A stretch of DNA of 64,000 bases, taken from Squalus acanthias. Taxonomy: Eukaryota. Where the stretch lies: the NCBI GenBank assembly GCA_030390025.1, contig CM059433.1, forward strand, positions 23,314,001 to 23,378,000. Reading direction: 5' to 3'. A program made the translations under genes and the position numbers. A model generated the notes under the pieces. The model saw nothing but the letters and a program-made list of their open reading frames with translations. It searched no databases and was not told the origin of the DNA. Of this stretch, positions 62,751 to 64,000 are shown piece by piece. Every line of letters starts with the position of its first letter. Within the stretch, counting starts at the first letter, position 1.

Positions 62751-63593
62751 TGAACATATAGCATGGCTAATGCTCAGTCAGAAATGGGAGGATTGAAGTG
62801 CAATTCTGCTCTCTATGTTTTTGAAGTGCATTCTGTTGGGTAATTACAAACTAATCACTTATCCGGACCCCTAAAACTAGCTCGAGGACTAGGACACACT
62901 GACATGTCTGATTAATACTTTTCATTTACATGACACAACCCATTACATGCAGTGCCCATGAGACTGGCACCGATAGTAACTCACATGCAATGGACTCATC
63001 AGGAAACCGCATGCTTGTTATCCTAACTGCTCATGCTAGCCTCAGCAAGACTAGGTCGAAGTCCCTATGGAGCTCTGGTGTGTTGTATCTTTTATAGGGA
63101 TAATCACGTCCTCCTAATATGATGCCATTACATCAACACTTTCGATCTATGTCTAGGTAATACGTGACTGCGTTAGCCTACTATGTCACCATGTTGATTC
63201 AATATATAATTTCCTTTTAATGCATCTGCACAATGTCATCTATCTCTTGTCCATTGTTCCCTTCATGGCCTGTCCTTCACTTTCTTAATGTTTTGCTGAT
63301 ACATCTCTATTCATTCTTTGTATCTCATATGGTCTCCTGAGCATCTGGTCTTATGCCTAATACATTCCTTGTCTGTTCTTACAGACTGTCAATGATTTAA
63401 TGTCTGTCACCAGCCTCTAACCTCATCCTGTGTGTAACCTCTTAAAACTACTTACTCTGCAGATTTAGTTTAATTTGTATAAGTGTTTTAATGTTAGGTC
63501 ATTAGAATTTTTAGTTTTTTTTCTATTTGGCCTACCTATCATAAAACATTCAAGGACAATGTGTTCTTTTTATGTTTGGACTTTTGTAGGATC

Positions 63594-63835
63594 CTCTTCT
63601 TCTTCTTAGGCAGGCCCTCGGAACCGAGGATGACTTGCTTCCACACTAAAAATGAGTTCTCAGGTGACTAATGAGTCCAATGCGGGACCTACAGTCTCTG
63701 TCACAGGTGGGGCAGACGACGGTTGAAGGGGCGGGTGGGTGGGGTGCTTGGGTTGATGTGCGCTCCTTCCGCTGTTTGCGCTTGGCTTCCGCTTGCTCCC
63801 GGCGAAGAGATTCGAGGTGTTTGGCGCCTTCCTGG
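63594..63835 (-). mobile_element. RTE (BovB-like) LINE 3' end
   Basis: C-terminal zinc finger CPTCDRDCRSRIGLISHLRTH-stop, short 3' UTR, (GAA)n tail. Confidence 0.85.
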
Positions 63836-64000
63836 TGTGGTGTCATCTTCCCAGACTTTTCTTCTGTTGGTTTTGCTTTGTTCCGTGCATGTTGGGTGAT
63901 AGACTACAGCGCCACTCTTCCACATCTATTTCCCTTGTCTTTACCCTAGTGATTGGGGATGATGCTGAGCATTCCTTTAGAGCATTTGTCATTGAATATT

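Noticed and set aside
62834..64000. Fourth LTR starting TGTTGGG and hosting the RTE fragment
   Set aside because: The right end and TSD are not visible within the window, so it cannot be supported.

Overview
This is eukaryotic, repeat-dominated, largely intergenic or intronic DNA, most likely from a cartilaginous fish (shark): it carries an HE1/V-SINE, SacSINE1-like Deu-SINEs and HER1/CR1 LINEs. Roughly 40% of the window (estimated by eye) is PIF/Harbinger-derived. Three near-full-length but disabled copies have a DDE transposase convergent with a spliced Myb/SANT gene. There are also several Myb-retaining deletion derivatives and many MITEs. The window also holds three solo LTRs with 4-bp TSDs, CR1/L2/RTE LINE fragments, three SINE superfamilies, and Penelope-like fragments bearing minimal hammerhead-ribozyme motifs. 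The only host-gene signal is a candidate last-two-exon pair on the minus strand near 61.5-61.8 kb, which I could not identify. The most unusual feature is a ~1.1-kb inverted duplication (19.5-20.6 kb / 44.7-45.8 kb) that matches no repeat I recognise. Its 529-bp core is identical between the arms while the flanks are diverged, suggesting arm-to-arm gene conversion or an invertible ~24-kb segment. All comparisons were made by eye; no database searches were run.
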